This document shows positions 24,901 to 39,900 of a stretch of DNA of 64,000 nucleotides, one piece after another (position 1 is the first letter of the stretch; every line of letters starts with the position of its first letter). The translations under genes and the position numbers were made by a program. The stretch comes from Botryllus schlosseri (taxonomy: Eukaryota). Location of the stretch: the NCBI GenBank assembly GCA_051294905.1, contig CM119382.1:9362001-9426000 (forward strand), read 5' to 3'. The notes under the pieces are model-generated. The model was not told the origin of the DNA. It made no database searches and saw only the letters and a program-made list of their open reading frames with translations.

Positions 24901-27900
24901 TTCTCCAAGATATCAGTAACGGTGAAATGACAATCGGTAATTTTTACCCGGTTACACCTGTTTCAAGAGAAACCAGTTGATGATAGCAAACAATAATTCA
25001 CATTCAGAAAAATACCTCATCCATTTCAGACTCTTTCTTGCTCTTTTCTCAACCCTATACCCGGATATTATATCTCCGCCGTCTGTTGTCGGTTTTTTCC
25101 ACATGAGGCATACTGCATTCTTTGTAACATCAACCACTTCCAATTCCAGAGGCTCTCCCGGTGTTGCTAGATATAATGTAGGAATTTTTTATCATGGAAA
25201 GTGTTGATGAAGAATGAATTCTCACAGATTTTATCTTCTGCCGCGACAACTGACGAATTAATGGCTTTTCCGATACCAAATTTATTCTGGGCCGACACCC
25301 GGAAGATGTACTTGATCCCTGCAATCAGTCTCGGGCACCGATACCAGCATTTAATCCCAGATTCACCAACCTAAATAAACAAGAGATCAGAGCTACATAT
25401 CAATGTCCACGGACATTTCATTGTACCTTCGAAGACGCAAAGTTACCACATTATTGGTATCTCATCTATCAGCCCTGATACTTGGAAAATAGGGCCAGAA
25501 ACTGTTAAGACTGAGGAAAATTACTATATTATGAATGCGAGCCATTCTATCACTGGAGCAGAGTAGAAAAAAAGTAGGTTGGACCGGTATGATTTCGAAA
25601 CTGAATAGTGAACATGACTCGGACTCGACCCTCTACTAGCTCACTTGGACTCGGATTTGACTCGGTATTGAATTAGAAATGCCTCGACTTGACTCGAGTC
25701 AAAACTATGAAAGTAAGATTGTCTGGTGACTCGGAATCTTGTGACTTGGTTGTAAGCTCGTTTTGGGTTAGGGATATTATGGTTAGGTTAAGGGTTAGTG
25801 ATATTATCCCTCACAACAACCCTAATATATCTCATCTCAACCCTAATGTTGCAAACTCTCAACCTCAACCTAGCCGTAACGGTCATCACCCCCAACCCTA
25901 ATATGTCTAACCCCCAATCCTACTATGCCTACCCTCAACCCAAAACACTATAAATTTTGGCGTTGTGTAAGTGTTCATGGAAAAAATTGATTGTACATGG
26001 GACTTATATCGAAGAAGAGCCCTATTTTTACCATTGAATATAACCATAGCTGTATCTCAGCTTACCATTGTCCACATCAATCTATCAGCCTCGCGTCTTT
26101 CGATGATATAGTTGGTGATGTCACTACATCCGTCATTCTTGGGCGCATCCCATTCTAGTTTGCATCCATCGATGCTAATGTCGCTTATTTTTATTGGGCC
26201 GGATATAACATCTGGCTTGTCTAAAATAATATTTCAAACATAACACTAAAGTACTCTAATAGGAAATTGAAAGAACTCTACCTAACACTCCAATTTTACA
26301 CTTCGCGACTTTGATCCCGTAATGATTAGAAACAGTGACACGGTACTCTCCAGAACTTTCCATATCAATGTCTTTGATCGTCAGGCAGGCGTGAACTCCG
26401 TTCCGAGTCATTTTATAATCCTGCCCGTGCTTCAAGTCTTTCTCGTCAAGACACCATGAGACTTGGCGAAAAAGAAATAATGAACAGAGTGCTGGCAATT
26501 GATATTGCAATAAGGATGCCAATTTTTCTTACCTTTCGGAGCAGGCTTTCCAGATACAACAGCCTGTATTTGGATATCTTCGCCGGCGCGTACTGTGACG
26601 CCATGTGCCAATGTTTGATCAATCACAACATCAGGAGGTTCTTGAAAGAATCAAAACTTGAAATAACGGTCAAACAGAGATTTTTTTAGTCAACCTATCA
26701 ATATCAGCAGCAATATTTCCAAATTTTCTGTAATAATGAGTGCTACTTCATCTTTTGTAAAAGCTACTTTTTACGAGTGAAATTGTCATGAGAACGGGGT
26801 GAAATAGCTGCCGTTTTTCATAACTGAATATCTTTTCGAAGATTGTACCAACTTCATATTACATTTTGCATTCTTACTAAAGATAAATGTTGTAATTTCA
26901 AAAATAGCATCCTCTGATTATATCTAGTAAAAGTATGCAAACCCAAACCAAATCTTATTTTTAAAAGCACCTATTTAAGTAGCAATTAGATTTTCTATTT
27001 CCATGTGCAATAGTCCTGGAAATGGCTGCTTCACCTTGAGTAGCAATGCTGACTACTTCAACCCCTCATGTAGTTGAAACGTCCCACATGTAATAAACCT
27101 ACCGTATTCCTCTTGGCAGATGATCTGTTCTGTGCATTCGGAAGGCAGGGAAACGCAACCGGCAGAATTCTTTGCTCGCACTCGGAACATGTACCGACCC
27201 CCAGGATTTAAATTAACGGCCTGTGACGTGACAAATAGATTGTTGAATAAAAAAAGAACTACATAAAATATTAGGTTAGAGTGCCTTGTATTCAGTGTCT
27301 GATATGTTGACGTTGTTGATAGTGGTCCAAAGTTTTGACGGTAGACTCAACATTTCTACGTTGTACCCGGTTATTTTGTGGCCGCCGTCGAAGTCCGGTT
27401 CCTCCCATTTCAAACTTACAGACGTATCCGTGAATTCGTACGCTGATACCTCAGTGGGTGGATCTGCATTCAGCATAAAACAGTTAGTTAGACAGACTCT
27501 ACATTTAAGATGTGCATAATAATATTGGAATCAAAGCTAGGTCAGTTAAAAGCAATACCTATCTGGTCAAGTGCAAATATGGGCACAGTTGCTTCCGACG
27601 GAATAGACATCCCAGCCTTATTGACAGCTTTGACTCGAAATTGATATTGCAGTCCTTCCGACAATCCTTCGATGACCGTGTCTGCAATATTCATACTATT
27701 AAAAGTTACATCAAGGTTAAGATTTATTTAAAACACGAGATATACCATTGCGCGGCGTTTCGGCGACATTCTTCCAAATGTTGGAATTGACTTCCTTCAT
27801 TTCGATCACATATCCTGACACGGGAGAGCCACCATCGCGCCTGGGCGGATTCCAATTTAAAGCTACTGAATTTCGTTTCACTGATACTAGTGCTGGAATA

Positions 27901-30900
27901 GCCGGTGCGTACGGGACTTCTGCATCAGAAAAGGGCTGGTCAGAAATTAGTATTTCCAGAAAATACAATGTTACTTCTAGTTCTGCCTTAATAGCAACTT
28001 TTGAAACCCCATTTCCTACTCTTTACAATACAAATATAATACAAGAAAGAAAAAAAAAACTTACTGAAAGGATATTTGGCAACGATAACTTGCGACTCCA
28101 CAGGAGAGCTGACTCCATATCTGTTTTCACTCATTACCCGGAACTTATACTCATTATTTCTGATGAGTCCTTTCGCGAGACATTTATGCTCCGTGACCGA
28201 CGAAGAAACCAGATTCCAAACACCGTTACGGATATCGAACTTCTCGACTATGTAGTTTGAGATCTGCGAACCTGCAAAAAATGTGGCTATAATTCATAAT
28301 GTCATGTCAAATAGAGTGGTGAAGTAAGAAAACAGTTCTTCCCTGTTTGGAAAAGCTGAAAATGAACCAACATAAGATATGGTTTAATATACAGCAGCAT
28401 TGTAAACTCTATCAGTGTCCGTATGAAGTGAGTTAAATTAAAACATGAATAGAGTGATAATTCAGTATTCCATCTAGTTTATTATTCGAATTTTCCTATG
28501 CATGCCCCGGAGTCGAACTAGTTTTTACCAACATTAGTTCACCTATAATCTTAAATCTGCCTTGATTATCCAAATTTTCATGACGATGATATCATATTTA
28601 GTGATATGATTGTTGATATACAAAGTTCTTTTCAAACATCCACTAGTTTTTGATGATTACCTGACGAGTGTCAGCCAAAATGCTTTATTTCAATATGAAT
28701 ATAGCATTCGATAGAATACACAAATGAAATAAACAACCATACCGCCATCCTCTTTTGGAGATGTCCACGAGATTACGGCCGACTCGGCGGATATGTCCGT
28801 GACGTGAACGTGTCCGTAAACCGGCCCCGGTTTGCCGACCACTATGACTTTGATGGACGAACATTTCTTTCCAGCCATATTTGTTGCCGTGACGACATAT
28901 TTTCCCGAATCCTCACGGCCAACCTCCCTGATCACTATACTTGTCGATATTTTTGTAGTGACTACCGACACGTGGTCATTTTCCACGATATCGTCGTCTC
29001 CTTTTGCCCAAGTGATCTCTGGCATTGGGGAAGCCGTCATTGGTATTTTCAATTTCATAGGCACGCCTTCGCGAGCAATAAACGTTAGATTCGGAAATTC
29101 AGACAGGTCAAACTGCGGCTCAATTAGCTGAACAAAGATTGTGAATTTTTAGCTGTAAACAGATGTAAAAATAATAATACACCTACTTGTTCCATTGCCG
29201 TAAACGTCTTTTCACGACATGGGCCGATTCCGGCTTCGTTTCTTGCAGATACACGTACGCTGTATTCCATATCTTCTCTTAAACCCGTGAGCTGCAAATA
29301 TTTGAGTGTGTACGATGAGCATTATATGACATATAAAAACACAGGTGCCAAAATAATTTGGCTCAAATTTAAAACAACAAAATTTAAATTAGTAATTCTT
29401 TCAATTGGTTTCCTTTGTATATAAACTAAATATAATGTGTTTTTTTTTCACAAAATGTACCATTGTCTTCATCTCTGTGGTACCGAGCAAACTCTTATGT
29501 CATCGCTTCTTAAGTATATGTGAAATTTCAGTTACTTAAGTCATCTTGGTGTTTCAGAATCTCAATGTCCTTTTTACTCCAAATAAATTATTTCATATGC
29601 ATTGCTGTAAGTGAATACTTGTGTGAAGAGTCACCGATGGACATCTCTGAGGCATGAAGAGTCAGCAATTACTACTCCACTCTTCCCATGATACCTAGGT
29701 ACCGGAAACTGCATTCAGAAACAATAAATGACAATGATAGTTATATTTATGAATCGGGAATCACTACTAGCAACGTTTGAAAAAAATTAGAAAATATACC
29801 TTGTAAGACAACGCCTTAGTCTCGCCGAGATCCTCAAATTCATCCGAATCTTCACAGCACAATTGCACATCATATCCAACAATCCTACTCCCTCCATCGT
29901 GTATCGGTTTCTCCCAAGCTACGACCGCACTTGATTTTGTAACGCAAGCCACCTCAAATCGGAAAACCTGTCCAGGCTCTTTCGTGATTTTTATCGCGTC
30001 CTTCGTCACGCTAGCAACACCGACACCATATTCATTTTGAGCCATCACTCGGAACATGTACAGCTTCCCGGTGTCGAGTTTCGACACGGTCCAGGACGGT
30101 ACTTTGCAAGTGGAGCTGACCAATGACCACGACGTTCGGTCGTCCTCTCTCTTTTCGATGACGTAATTTGTAATTTCCGAGCCTCCGTCGTTGAGAGGCT
30201 CTGACCAATCGAGCTGGACTGATTCGAGGGTGACGTCTTTCACCGATAATGGTCCTGGCTGTCCTGGCGTGTCTAGAATTTGGACTGACACGGTGGCAGA
30301 CTTTCTTCCGCATTTGTTAGCGACACACATCATGTACTGGTCTAAAGTGAAATGATCCATATCAATGGTAATCAACCTTGATAATATTTTTAATCCTGAA
30401 AAGATTATCTACAACAGGGTTGATGCCTCTATTGAGTTAACCACATGTAGTGATAAAAAACGTATTGGCAACACTTTGACCCCAAAATTATCTATTGTTA
30501 CTGGAACACTCTTCCAGTAGATTTCAGAAATTGAAACAACAGCGGAACAGAAATATATCTTAGATAACTAGATACCGATGTCGCCTTCTTTTGTCATGAA
30601 ATGCTCATCGGTATGTACTGCACTCAAAAGGCATGGTACTGTATTTATGTTCCAATATGTTTATCAGTTGCATATATCTTGTTTTGTATCCTGTTTGAAA
30701 TTATTTTTGAATTGCCTTAATATTTACATGTTATATCCAAGTTCTGTAACACATATCCATCTCTTGAAGCCTTTCTGTGTTTCGCAGTTTTTTACAGACA
30801 GGTTTATACAATATACGACGTAACTAACAATGTGGATTACTTCTTTCTGGGCAGAGCCTTACCTGTGTCATCTCTTGAGCAATTTCGTACAGTCAGCACG

Positions 30901-33900
30901 GTGTCCCAGTCTGAACATTTGACCTCGACAGAGCTTGACAAGTCTCCGTTCAGTCTGCTCCAACTTGCCCGAGGGACCGGACGCCCACTGACAGGAATTC
31001 GGAGAACAACGGTGCTCCCGGCATGAGCCACCACGCCATCTTTCAAATCAGAGTCCAGTTCAAAACTCGGGGACACTGAAATTATGACATTCACATCAAA
31101 ATTTTAGTAATTTACAAAATTCAAGTTCCGACAATAACATATGTTGTTGTTTTAGTATTTACACTGTTTCAATATCTATGGCATTCATAACGATATTCTT
31201 ATTTCGATTCCTTATAGTGTGGCCCATTTTAGTTCTGGGATTTTGCAGGGTTGTAATGACCCAAGTCACAATTTTTTGCTGACTTGACTTAACTCGGGTC
31301 ATTCTCCTAAAAATGGAAAATGACTTGAATCAACACGAGTCAATTTGTGTATTAACTTGACTTGTATACAAGTCATTGCGCATGACTCGGGTCGTTACAA
31401 CCCTGGTAAAAGTTGTACGAAATTTCACAAGATTTGCTAAGGAGGCAAAGATTTGAGATAAAGATAGGAAAATACATTATACAAACATAACATTCATGTA
31501 TCCAAAGTTTACATACAGCACAGATAGGAGACATAAACTTACCCAGAACTTCTTTGGGTACTGCCGGTTCCAGTAAAGCTAGAGGTTCCGATTCCCCAAC
31601 AGCGTTCACAGCCTTCACCCGAACGCTGTATTCCTTTCCTTCCTCTAAACTTGTAATCGTAAACTTGCAAGCGGCAGTGGCACCCACTCTATGGAATTTC
31701 TCATTTCCCGCATCGGCCATTTCGACCAAATACTGACTGATGTCACTTCCGCCGTTATATTCCGGTTTTTTCCACAACAGATCCACTGTGCTACTACCCG
31801 TGTCCGTCACCCGCAAATTTCGAGGTGAGCTGGGCGGATCTATAGAAAAAGGGATTAATCATTACTACACGTACAAATAAGTAGATCGATTATTATTATA
31901 TACACATTAGAGTCCAATTGTGCTCATCATATCCAAAAATCGGCAAAATTGTCTCATGAATCCACTGGCTCGCACCACAATTTGGATGCTCGAGTCTTTG
32001 TTGAACATAAACCATAAACAGAGCAACTTAAATAGTAAAAGGATTAGGGAGTTACATATTTTTGTCCTCGATGTCTTTGTGTCATATTCATCAACTCATG
32101 ATAAACATACACATGATCTGTGCATATGCATACCACGAGTGCATGATACTCTTATGCCGCTGGACAAGGAAGGTCAAAAAATAGCCTTGTTAGGCTTTCC
32201 AAGTCTTGCAACACTTCTCCATGCTATCTCGGAATAGCTGACAGCTATGATAGGAAGCCACAGATACCATTTTTACTGATCAGGTCTGAACCGACCGGGG
32301 ATTGAACCCGTGATCAGCAACCAGATTGCAATTTTTTGTAGAAAATATACTGCAACAATCTTCTCAATCCGAGTAAATTTTCGTCTAATTAATTGCAGTT
32401 GTAGAAATTTGGTGATTTTATCAACATGAATGGACCAACATCAATTTTTACGAATTTAGTGGGCCATGAGTAACCCAGGTTGAAAATCCCTGGACTAGAT
32501 CATCAAATTAAAAATATCTCTTCAAGTCGTTATTAAGAATACAACTTACACTTGGGATCTTGTGAAACTTGCGGCTTCGACGGGACGCTTGGCTCACTGA
32601 TACCGACGCTATTCTCCACCAAAACACGAAATTCATATTCAATCCCTTCCGAAAGCCCCGTCACCGTCATTTCCGTTTCGTTCATGGACTTTCTGTTCAG
32701 CTTATGCCAATGTGTAGTGTTTGTTTCTCTCCTCTCCAGGAAATATCCGAGTATCGGCTTTCCGCCGGTGTTTTTCGGTGGCTTCCAAGCGACCGTCATT
32801 CCTTCCTTGTTGTATTTTACAACAACAGGGGACTCTGGCGGATCAGGGATGTCTGCAAGTAATTTATTGTTAGGGTGAGTTGAAAGATGTGATACAATTA
32901 ATTTATGTGGTTGATTCTTTTAAGGTCATGCTATGGTATACTTTTATTTAGAAAGCTTCTTGGGCGTACAGAACTTCAATATACAATTGTATAGTATATT
33001 CATATTGAACTGAGCCCGAATGTTTTCGGCTGACACTCGTCAGGGATAATAGTCAGCAAGTAGTAGAGAATTGGAAAGAACATTGTGTATCAACAATCAT
33101 ACCACATAATATGACATATGAAATCTCATATACTCAGGGCAACCAAGTCTGTCTCTGCAGGAGTTCTTGTAACATTTAAAAATTGTGCATTAAGCTTAAG
33201 CTCTCTCTTTGCCCCGATTATTCGCGATTTCATGCCGGTGACCATTGCTCCCTCTAATTTTTTAGGAGTTTGCGCGCACTCACCAACTCACAGCGTGGTC
33301 CCTTGGACAACAGTGCGTAACGACACTTCGGATTTTTTGAGCGTAGCCTAGATTTTCTGTGCGCAGAGACCGTGTCAGCAATGCGCAATTGCGCACGTGC
33401 GCAGCTTAAAGGGAACATTGCCGATGGCTTCATATTTTGTGATACGAATGTTGATATACAATGTTCTTTCTAATTCTCTACAACTTGCTGACGATTACCC
33501 TGGACGAGTGTCGCCCGGAAATATTCGGGTTCATTTCAATATGAATATATTATTCAGTTGTATACCGTATTTAAGTTCTGAACGCCCAAGAAGCTATTTT
33601 ATTTTAGTATATTCACATGCTGTAAAGTGCATTTATAAGTTCTTCACAAATTTTCGTGTCGAAAACCACAAATGATCTTACTGTACGGGCTTTTGACGGT
33701 GACAGCGTCAGTAACAATGCCGGCTCCAATCCCGAATTTGTTTTCCGCCGATATTCTGAATACGTAGTCTTTGTTTGCAACAAGACTGCCTACAGTCAAC
33801 TCACATCCGATGACATTTCCACTGACCAAAATCCAAGTTACGTTAGAAGATTCGCGTCTGCCAAATAATAATTCACTGCTTAGATGGCGTAATAAATAGT

Positions 33901-36900
33901 ATTAGCATACAACAGGACAGTAATTTTTTTCAATTCAATATTTCCAATGCAAATTGGTCAAATCATTCAACAAATAAACCATAACTCAACTTACTTTTCA
34001 ATAACGTAGTTGGACACCGGGGCGCCACCATCTTCACACGGAGCTTTCCAAGATACAGTCACCCTGTCCGCCATTACATTTGAAAACACGCATGGACCTT
34101 CTGGCATTCCAGGTGCGTCCAAGACTTTGCACATCACCGACAGAGATGCAGAGCCACTGCAATTTTCAGCACCGATTGTATACACGCCGGCATCCACTTT
34201 TCTGCACAACCTGAGAACATATGGATTCGGATTATCAAAGTATCACTACTTTTGGTAAAAAACAGCTGACCTTTTAGACAGCGTGCTTCTCGTTCTTGTC
34301 GTGTCAATCTGAACAGTTCCGTCTGAAGTATTTTTCAATGAGCTATCGCCCAGTCTCCAAGTAACTTTTGGTTTTGGTTTTCCAGTAATGAAAGCATCTA
34401 TCGTGAAATCGAGTCCCGACCGAACCTCAATTCCATTGGCGACAATCGGGTCCAGCATAATACTGGGTGCAACTGTAATAAGAGATTAACGGGTAGGTCA
34501 AGACAGAGTGAACAGAATGTATAAATTGTTGAAGGCAAGCAGACAGATTCATTATTAGTTCAATGCATGTTGGCACAAAAACCTGAAACAGACAATCACA
34601 GTAATACAACCTCATTCAAGAGATATGATCATCGAGCCAGTTGTAGTCATAGCGTACTTAAAGATGCATGTATACCATATAACTGATGGACACATTCAAC
34701 ATACTTCTATGCTTGAGGAACAGAAGAAAATAAATGCTTAAAAAATTCACAATTACTAATCCTATGTAGAAGCTGCATCCATTCAATCAAAACATGTGAT
34801 AGCTTGCAACAATGGTAATATAAAACTATAGGGAATAACTATAAAGACTACAATGAAGAAAGTGCCATACCTAGTTCCTGTTTGATGAGGATTGCTTCTG
34901 TAGGTTCTGAAGGCTTGGAAGTAACAATGTCTGTCTTAGCCTGCACTCTGAAACAGTAGCTATGACCCTCTTCCAAATTCAGCAGAGTGACGCTATTGTC
35001 AGAATTTCTAAACACGGAAATAGTCATCGTGCTGACAAGAGAATCCGCATTATTATCGAACTCACCTTGTGGACACCACTCGAGTCCAGCGCGTGTCGGG
35101 TAGGTTTTGTTTTTCGATGATATAACCGAGTATCTTGTAGCCACCGCTACTTCTTGGAGGCTGCCATTTTAATTCCACGGAACAGTTTGTTACTTCAACG
35201 ACTTCGGGTTTGCCAGGAGGATCTGAGAAATAAAAAGAAAAATCACTGGTTTTAATCAGTCGATATCTAAATATAAGTTTTCGACCTCGGACATCAAACA
35301 CATACATCGGTACTCATAATAATTTTCAATTGAATAGTATATTCATATTGAAATTAACCCGAATATTTTCAGCTGACACTTGTCAGGGGTAATCGTCAGC
35401 AACTAATAGAGAATTTGAAAGTACATTGTACATCAACAATCGTATCACAAAATATTACCATTTCCAGCACCGAAATTTCATGCCGGTGACATCATATTTT
35501 GTGATAAGATTGTTGATATACGATGTTCTTTCCAATTAAATGTGTATATGGAAACATAATCATGCCATAAATCCAGTACGTTATCACATACTATCCGAGC
35601 ACACTCTTACAGACTAAGTTTTTACAAAATTATGATCAATGTATATATAACATCTCGTGTCATCACGGAAACGCGCCATAAATAAGATATTTACAATACT
35701 TCATTATGAAAACCAACGTTTCGATGCAGTCTATAAACTAAGCTTTACAAATGGAACCACAGTAAAATTGATTCATTCGATGCATCAAACTCTTGACCTA
35801 CCGCATTGTTCCCTTGCGATCGCAGCCTCTGTAGGTTGGCAGTAGGGGCCTAATCCGGCAGCGTTGACCGCTTGCACTCTGAACTGGTACTCGGTGCCTT
35901 CCAGTAGACTGCTGTCCGTAAATTCTCTCCGTTTCACAAGAGACTGTTACAAACACAAATTAAGCTCAATTCTGCATCATTGTTCTCAAAAGATTTACTC
36001 GAAAACATACAGTATGGTTATTTTTGCAAAAACATCAACATGAGCGTGTGTACCTTATTGATCTTTGTCCAAATGAGACTATTCGTTTCCTTTCTCTCAA
36101 CGTGATAACCTCTCACCGGATTGCCACCATCGTTTGGCGGTGTTTCCCAAACCAAAGTCGCGGAATCTCGGCCGATTTTCATTAACTTCATATCTACCGG
36201 CGCTACAGGGGTGGCTGCGTAAAATAGTGTGATATACGTCATCGGCCGTCATCTCATCGAAATTTATTACGCAAGTACCAAAAGGATGGGTCGCTTTCAC
36301 CGGTTTTGAAACCAGATACTGACTAGACCCGAATTTATTTTCGGCTCGCACTCGGAAGACATATACACCGTTTTTGGTCAAGTCAGAGACACGTAATTTG
36401 GTCCGGGAGACATTGCCGTTGAGCACCTGCGAAGAGAATGGAGCCTTTGATATATTTTAAACGTTTTTCACTTCACTAATTTACCTTGAATCCTTGATGA
36501 TTGGACTCTGAAATCTCTACAATGTACTTTGATACAGGCACACCGCCGCTATCGTCAGGCGGATTCCATTTTAGAGTGACGGTGTCAACATTGATGTCTT
36601 TGAATTCGATAGGCCCCACTGGTATTGAAGGATGGCCTGAAAAGTGCATGAACACAATAAGAAGCATACCAAAGACATGTCCGATTGTGGGAAGTAACTT
36701 TGGAAAAATTAATTAGGGAGGAAAGGTACCATTTTGTTAGGAAAAACTACAGATTCTAGCTACTCTGACATGCCTTTAATCTCTATATTAAGTAAATTTC
36801 AGCCTTTCTCAATAATTCATTGAGCAAAATGGGGTTGGAACACTATCAAGCACACGGTTAGTACGGGGAGAAGCCTGTGTCATCATGGAATGCTTGATTT

Positions 36901-39900
36901 AAAAAAATTCTAGGAACGGGGTCCAGGGGCCTCTAAGCATACGGTAGAATGCTGGAAATTTCCAATTATACAAAAAAATTCACTTCAGCTAAGCAGAAAC
37001 AGCTCTCTGAACCCAACCGTTAGAGGTAAAATTCTTGTGTGATATATCACAATACACTTGCGACAACAAGACTTCAAATTGTATCTCAGCGGTGTCACAG
37101 TTTGTGTATAAATACTAAAGCAGTGGTTCTCAACCATTTGGTCTTCGCGGACCCATTTTGGACTGTCACTGGTCTTGCGCAAATATTAAATGTAGGTTAG
37201 TGATAAACAGGGAAAAAAGACTTTTCTTGAAAATAACATCATGCTATTGTTCTTCTGGAATAGTGGTTATGTATATCACAGGACAAAATGGATCTTTCTT
37301 AACATTTCGAAGATTGACCTCACTATTCTTCACACCCCAAGAAAACATCTCTAAACAGCAATATGTTTGCATGAGTGGGCTATTGGCAATTCAAAGAAGT
37401 TTGCACAGTAGGATATTCCATCTCAGACGGCCGTTTCGTTGATGTGAGTCATGAAGTTTTAGCAGCAATGAAGCGTAACCGCCTTGTAATAAAAGTTAGG
37501 ATATCAACGATCTTGCAAATTTCAAGGTTTCGTGGACCCACTGAAAATACTGGACCCACTGAGAACCGCTCTACTAGAGTGTCTCGTTTGTTCACTTACT
37601 TAGTACTTCCACTTGCACTTTATCCTGAGCCTTTCCATGCTGGTTTTCCGCTCTCAAGACATATTCGCCACCGTCTTCCCTTAGCGGTCTCTTGATCGTA
37701 AGAACGCTGCCTGACGCCGTGTTTTGTATGATGGTCTTCTCGCTGTCTTCAATTTTAACCTTTTCTCGCATCCAGTAACATTTCGGCGTGGGCTTCGCTT
37801 GAATGCTGCCTTCAATTCGCAGTTTGTCTCCGGCCGCGATTTTCAATTCTTTCGGCAGTTTCACAGTCGGGGATTCTGGAGAAGTTGGATTCAAGTAAAG
37901 TAATAAAACAACGAATATGTAATCAAGCGTTAAATTATGAATTCAATACCTATTTGCTCCTGAACCGTCACTGGGTCCGTTTCCCTACCAGGGCCGGTGC
38001 ATTCTTCATTTTTAGCTTTGATGCAAAATTCATATTCCAAATCGGTTGACAAATTTACGACTGTTACTCTTGGCTCTGTCACCGTCCGGAATAACAGCCA
38101 GTCATCCATTGATTCGCTCTGGAGAAAGTCATTTTCGATTAAAAAACATTGATACCATCACTGTAGCAGTTATGATCACAACTTCATTGATATAATACGG
38201 AAGAAAAGACAGCTGAATAAAATTTTAGACGTATCGGGATAGTGCTTAAAATTGCTGATGGCGCAAGAAATTAGTAAACTGAAGACTAAAAACCGTCCTA
38301 ATCACGGCCTCGTTGCCGAAAATAAGGACTAACAAGCCTCAAAGATGGACAAAATAAGGATACAAGTCAAAAATAATATATAATCTCATTAATAAGGCAA
38401 TGTAGAGTTATCAGTAGGGCAATTTTTATTGACATGTCAAAAAAGTTGAAATTTTGTCAAATTTGTAGCGTTAGGTCAAAAAATTGTCAAATTGGTTTAT
38501 AAAGTAAAAAACATTTGCAACCCGCATTTTGTTTGTATGTCGTTAAAACAAAGTTTTTTTAAGTAAAAGTTTGTCAGTTTCTAAGTGAAAAAGTTTTTTT
38601 CAGGTCAAACTTCTTCGTAAGGACAGACAGTTCCAGGATCATGTATCATCTGGGAAATAACGATGGTATAGCAACCCTGTAAGTATGAATATCATTACTT
38701 TGTATTCAACAGAATATCCGGTGATCTTTGCGCCTCCGTTGCGTTCCGGTAGGCCCCACGCTAGAGAAACCGATGACTTTGTAATGTCTATAACTTTCAG
38801 TTTGTTCACAGGACCTGGTTCGGCTGGAAATCAACACACTATAGTAACTTCAATATATAAGCATGCCACCATTAAACTCACTGATAGGCTGCCTGGCTTT
38901 TGCCGGCTTCACGGTAGAAACAGCCGGGCCAGTTCCGAATTTATTTTCAGCCATCACCCGAAAATAATATTCCTTCCCTTCCAGCAACTTTGGTACACGG
39001 AATGACGGAGTCTCGCACAGAGTCGATGCATTCGACCAGGTCTTCATGTCCGATTCCTTTTTCTCGATAACGTAATTGAAGACCTCTGAACCCCCGTTAT
39101 TATCAACAGGCTCCCATTCCAGTAACGCCGACACTGCATTTATTGATTTCACTATCAGGTTTTTCACTGGGCTGGGAGTATCTGCCAAGGAATGTTGTAT
39201 GAAGCATACTCCAGTAATGTATCATTGTAGATTTTCTACCTAATACTTTCACATTGAAGTCGACAGACTTGCAGCCTGTCGGATTGGAAACAGTCAAGGA
39301 ATACAACCCGGTATCATATCTGTTGACTTCAGGAATCAGCAAAGTTGCTATGTCACCGGTGACGTCCACATTTGCACGGAGCAGCAGTACAGAACCCTAT
39401 CGCAGCAAATGACAAATGAACAGTTAAACAAGCGACAAGGAACTGGTAATCTTCATAAAATGGAGTCCACCAGAGCATTGCTTTTTAAAAGGATGATGAT
39501 AAGGGGAGACGGCTGCACATTTTATATTTGCCAAAAATATCAAACTATGGAAAACAGAAACAGTCTTGTTACAATATTGCTTACAAGTTAAATCTTTCAT
39601 GAACTCAGAGTCATATTAATTCACACTTGTCCTGATAATGCTATAAAGATGGTGGATTCATATGAAAACCACTTTTACTAAATAATATATCATAGATAGG
39701 CAAGATGGTTGATTAATGGTATCTGTACATCAAAGTAGTTCGAGTTACAAAATTACAAATTAAGATCCAAGCACATGATAATCATAATAAAATTTAATAA
39801 TAGGTGGTTATACTATTTTATACGATCATGACAAACAATGTAGGGACAATACAACACTTCAGACACAATAGATTGAGAGCAATCTCTTCCAAGTATATTA

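Noticed and set aside
32297-32311. Functional tRNA gene
   Set aside because: Only a B-box-like motif is present, with no A-box or cloverleaf, and the downstream sequence is a dispersed repeat.
38430-38615. GTCAAA/AAAAGT-rich stretch as a tandem array
   Set aside because: It has no stable unit length and is best treated as low-complexity AT-rich intron sequence.
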